DNA of 64,000 bases, from the NCBI GenBank assembly GCA_963783375.1, contig CAWANH010000028.1:1024001-1088000 (forward strand), in the 5' to 3' direction. Positions within the stretch are counted from its first letter, which is position 1, and each line of letters starts with the position of its first letter. Positions 62,870 to 64,000 of the stretch are shown one piece after another. Below the pieces are notes generated by a model. It saw only the letters and a list, made by a program, of their open reading frames with translations. It had not been told where the DNA came from and made no database searches. The position numbers were made by a program, and so were the translations under genes. This stretch comes from Candidatus Eiseniibacteriota bacterium. Its GTDB lineage: Bacteria > Eisenbacteria > RBG-16-71-46 > JABDJR01.

Positions 62870-63850
62870 ATGAAGACGCGTAAGCTGGGTGCGGGCGGGC
62901 CCGAGGTTTCCGCCCTGGGTCTCGGTTGCATGGGGATGTCGGAGTTCTACGGCCCCGCCGATGACGCCCGTTCGATCGCGGTCATCCACCGCGCGCTGGA
63001 TCTCGGAGTGAACTTTCTCGACACCGCGGACATGTACGGCCCGTTCAAGAACGAGAAGCTGGTCGGGCAGGCGATCGCCGATCGCCGGGATCGCGTGGTC
63101 CTGGCCACCAAGTTCGGGAACGTCCGGGGGGAAGGGGGCGAGTTCCTGGGAATCTCCGGCCGCCCGGAGTACGTTCGCCGGGCTTGCGACGCCTCGCTCC
63201 GGCGGCTGGGGGTGGATCACATCGATCTCTATTACCAGCACCGGGTGGACGTCGAGGTTCCCATCGAAGAGACGGCGGGGGCGATGGCGGAGCTGGTCCA
63301 GGCCGGCAAGGTCCGCCATCTGGGCCTCTCCGAGGCCGCCCCGGAGACCATCCGCCGGGCCCACGCCGTTCACCCCATCGCCGCGCTCCAGACCGAGTAC
63401 TCGCTCTGGACCCGGGATCCGGAAGACGGGCTTCTCGACACCGTGCGGGAGCTGGGGATCGGCTTCGTGGCCTACAGCCCGCTCGGCCGGGGGTTCCTCT
63501 CCGGCCGGATCCGGAGCCTGGACGACCTCGCCCCCGACGACTTCCGCCGCCGAAATCCCCGCTTCCAGGGGGAGAACTTCCGGAAGAACCTGGATCTGGT
63601 GGATGGGGTCCGGGCCATCGCCGACGAGAAGCGGGTGTCGCCGGCCCAGATCGCCCTGGCCTGGGTCCTGGCCCGGGGGGACGACATCGTCCCCATTCCC
63701 GGGACCACCCGGGGCGAGCACCTGGAGGAGGATCTGGCCGCGGCGGCGATCGAGCTCACCGCCGACGACCTCCGGCGCCTCGACGAGGCCGCCCCCAAGG
63801 GGATCACCGCCGGGGACCGCTATCCCAACATGAGCACGGTGAACCGGTAA
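62870..63850 (+). CDS. Aldo/keto reductase
   Basis: [43 protein letters not shown]. Confidence 0.95.
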   Translation: MKTRKLGAGGPEVSALGLGCMGMSEFYGPADDARSIAVIHRALDLGVNFLDTADMYGPFKNEKLVGQAIADRRDRVVLATKFGNVRGEGGEFLGISGRPEYVRRACDASLRRLGVDHIDLYYQHRVDVEVPIEETAGAMAELVQAGKVRHLGLSEAAPETIRRAHAVHPIAALQTEYSLWTRDPEDGLLDTVRELGIGFVAYSPLGRGFLSGRIRSLDDLAPDDFRRRNPRFQGENFRKNLDLVDGVRAIADEKRVSPAQIALAWVLARGDDIVPIPGTTRGEHLEEDLAAAAIELTADDLRRLDEAAPKGITAGDRYPNMSTVNR

Positions 63851-64000
63851 CGCGGGGCGTCCACGCGGCCGTTCCACGACCGCCTCGACCGCCGCGTGAA
63901 TCCCGCGCGGGGTCCGGGGTCTTGGTTTACCCGGGCGAACCGCGACCCCTATGATCCCCCGGATGCCCCGACGCCGCGCCATATCCCGTCCCTCGGCCCG

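Overview
This is a chromosomal segment of a very GC-rich diderm bacterium (TonB, beta-barrel OMPs, lipoproteins, Tat substrates). The Ig-like and beta-helix lipoproteins suggest an FCB-type candidate lineage, but that is inference only. It holds about 55 genuine CDS; most of the long ORFs in the track are GC-rich shadow frames. Core genes are galE, priA, rho-rpmE-DUF1385-prfA-prmC-(repeat lipoprotein)-murA-selB-ECF/anti-sigma, a pccB-like carboxyltransferase, thiolase/SDR, hsp20-dnaK-DUF1844-grpE-dnaJ-SirB1/HspQ and a murQ operon. Accessory loci are (1) a B12-radical SAM gene paired with a Tat/lipoprotein-like ORF carrying a CDPPPPP motif; (2) an iron locus marked by two Fur-like boxes (fur-feoB-Cys-rich protein-DtxR/FeoA, then porin-FMN-binding protein-membrane protein-apbE); and (3) a CarH-type B12 regulator. 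The most unusual signal is non-coding. Several intergenic gaps show a promoter, dense stem-loops with G-U pairs on one strand, and an intrinsic terminator, with no credible ORF. Three sit behind sigma54-type (-24/-12) motifs (~23.3-23.5 kb, ~27.4-27.5 kb and a ~440-nt one at 48.45-48.9 kb) and one lies behind a CarH-operator-covered promoter (56.2-56.4 kb). Several single-base frameshifts are probably long-read assembly errors. No rRNA, tRNA, CRISPR array or transposase was seen. All assignments are by eye from motifs; no database searches or folding programs were run.
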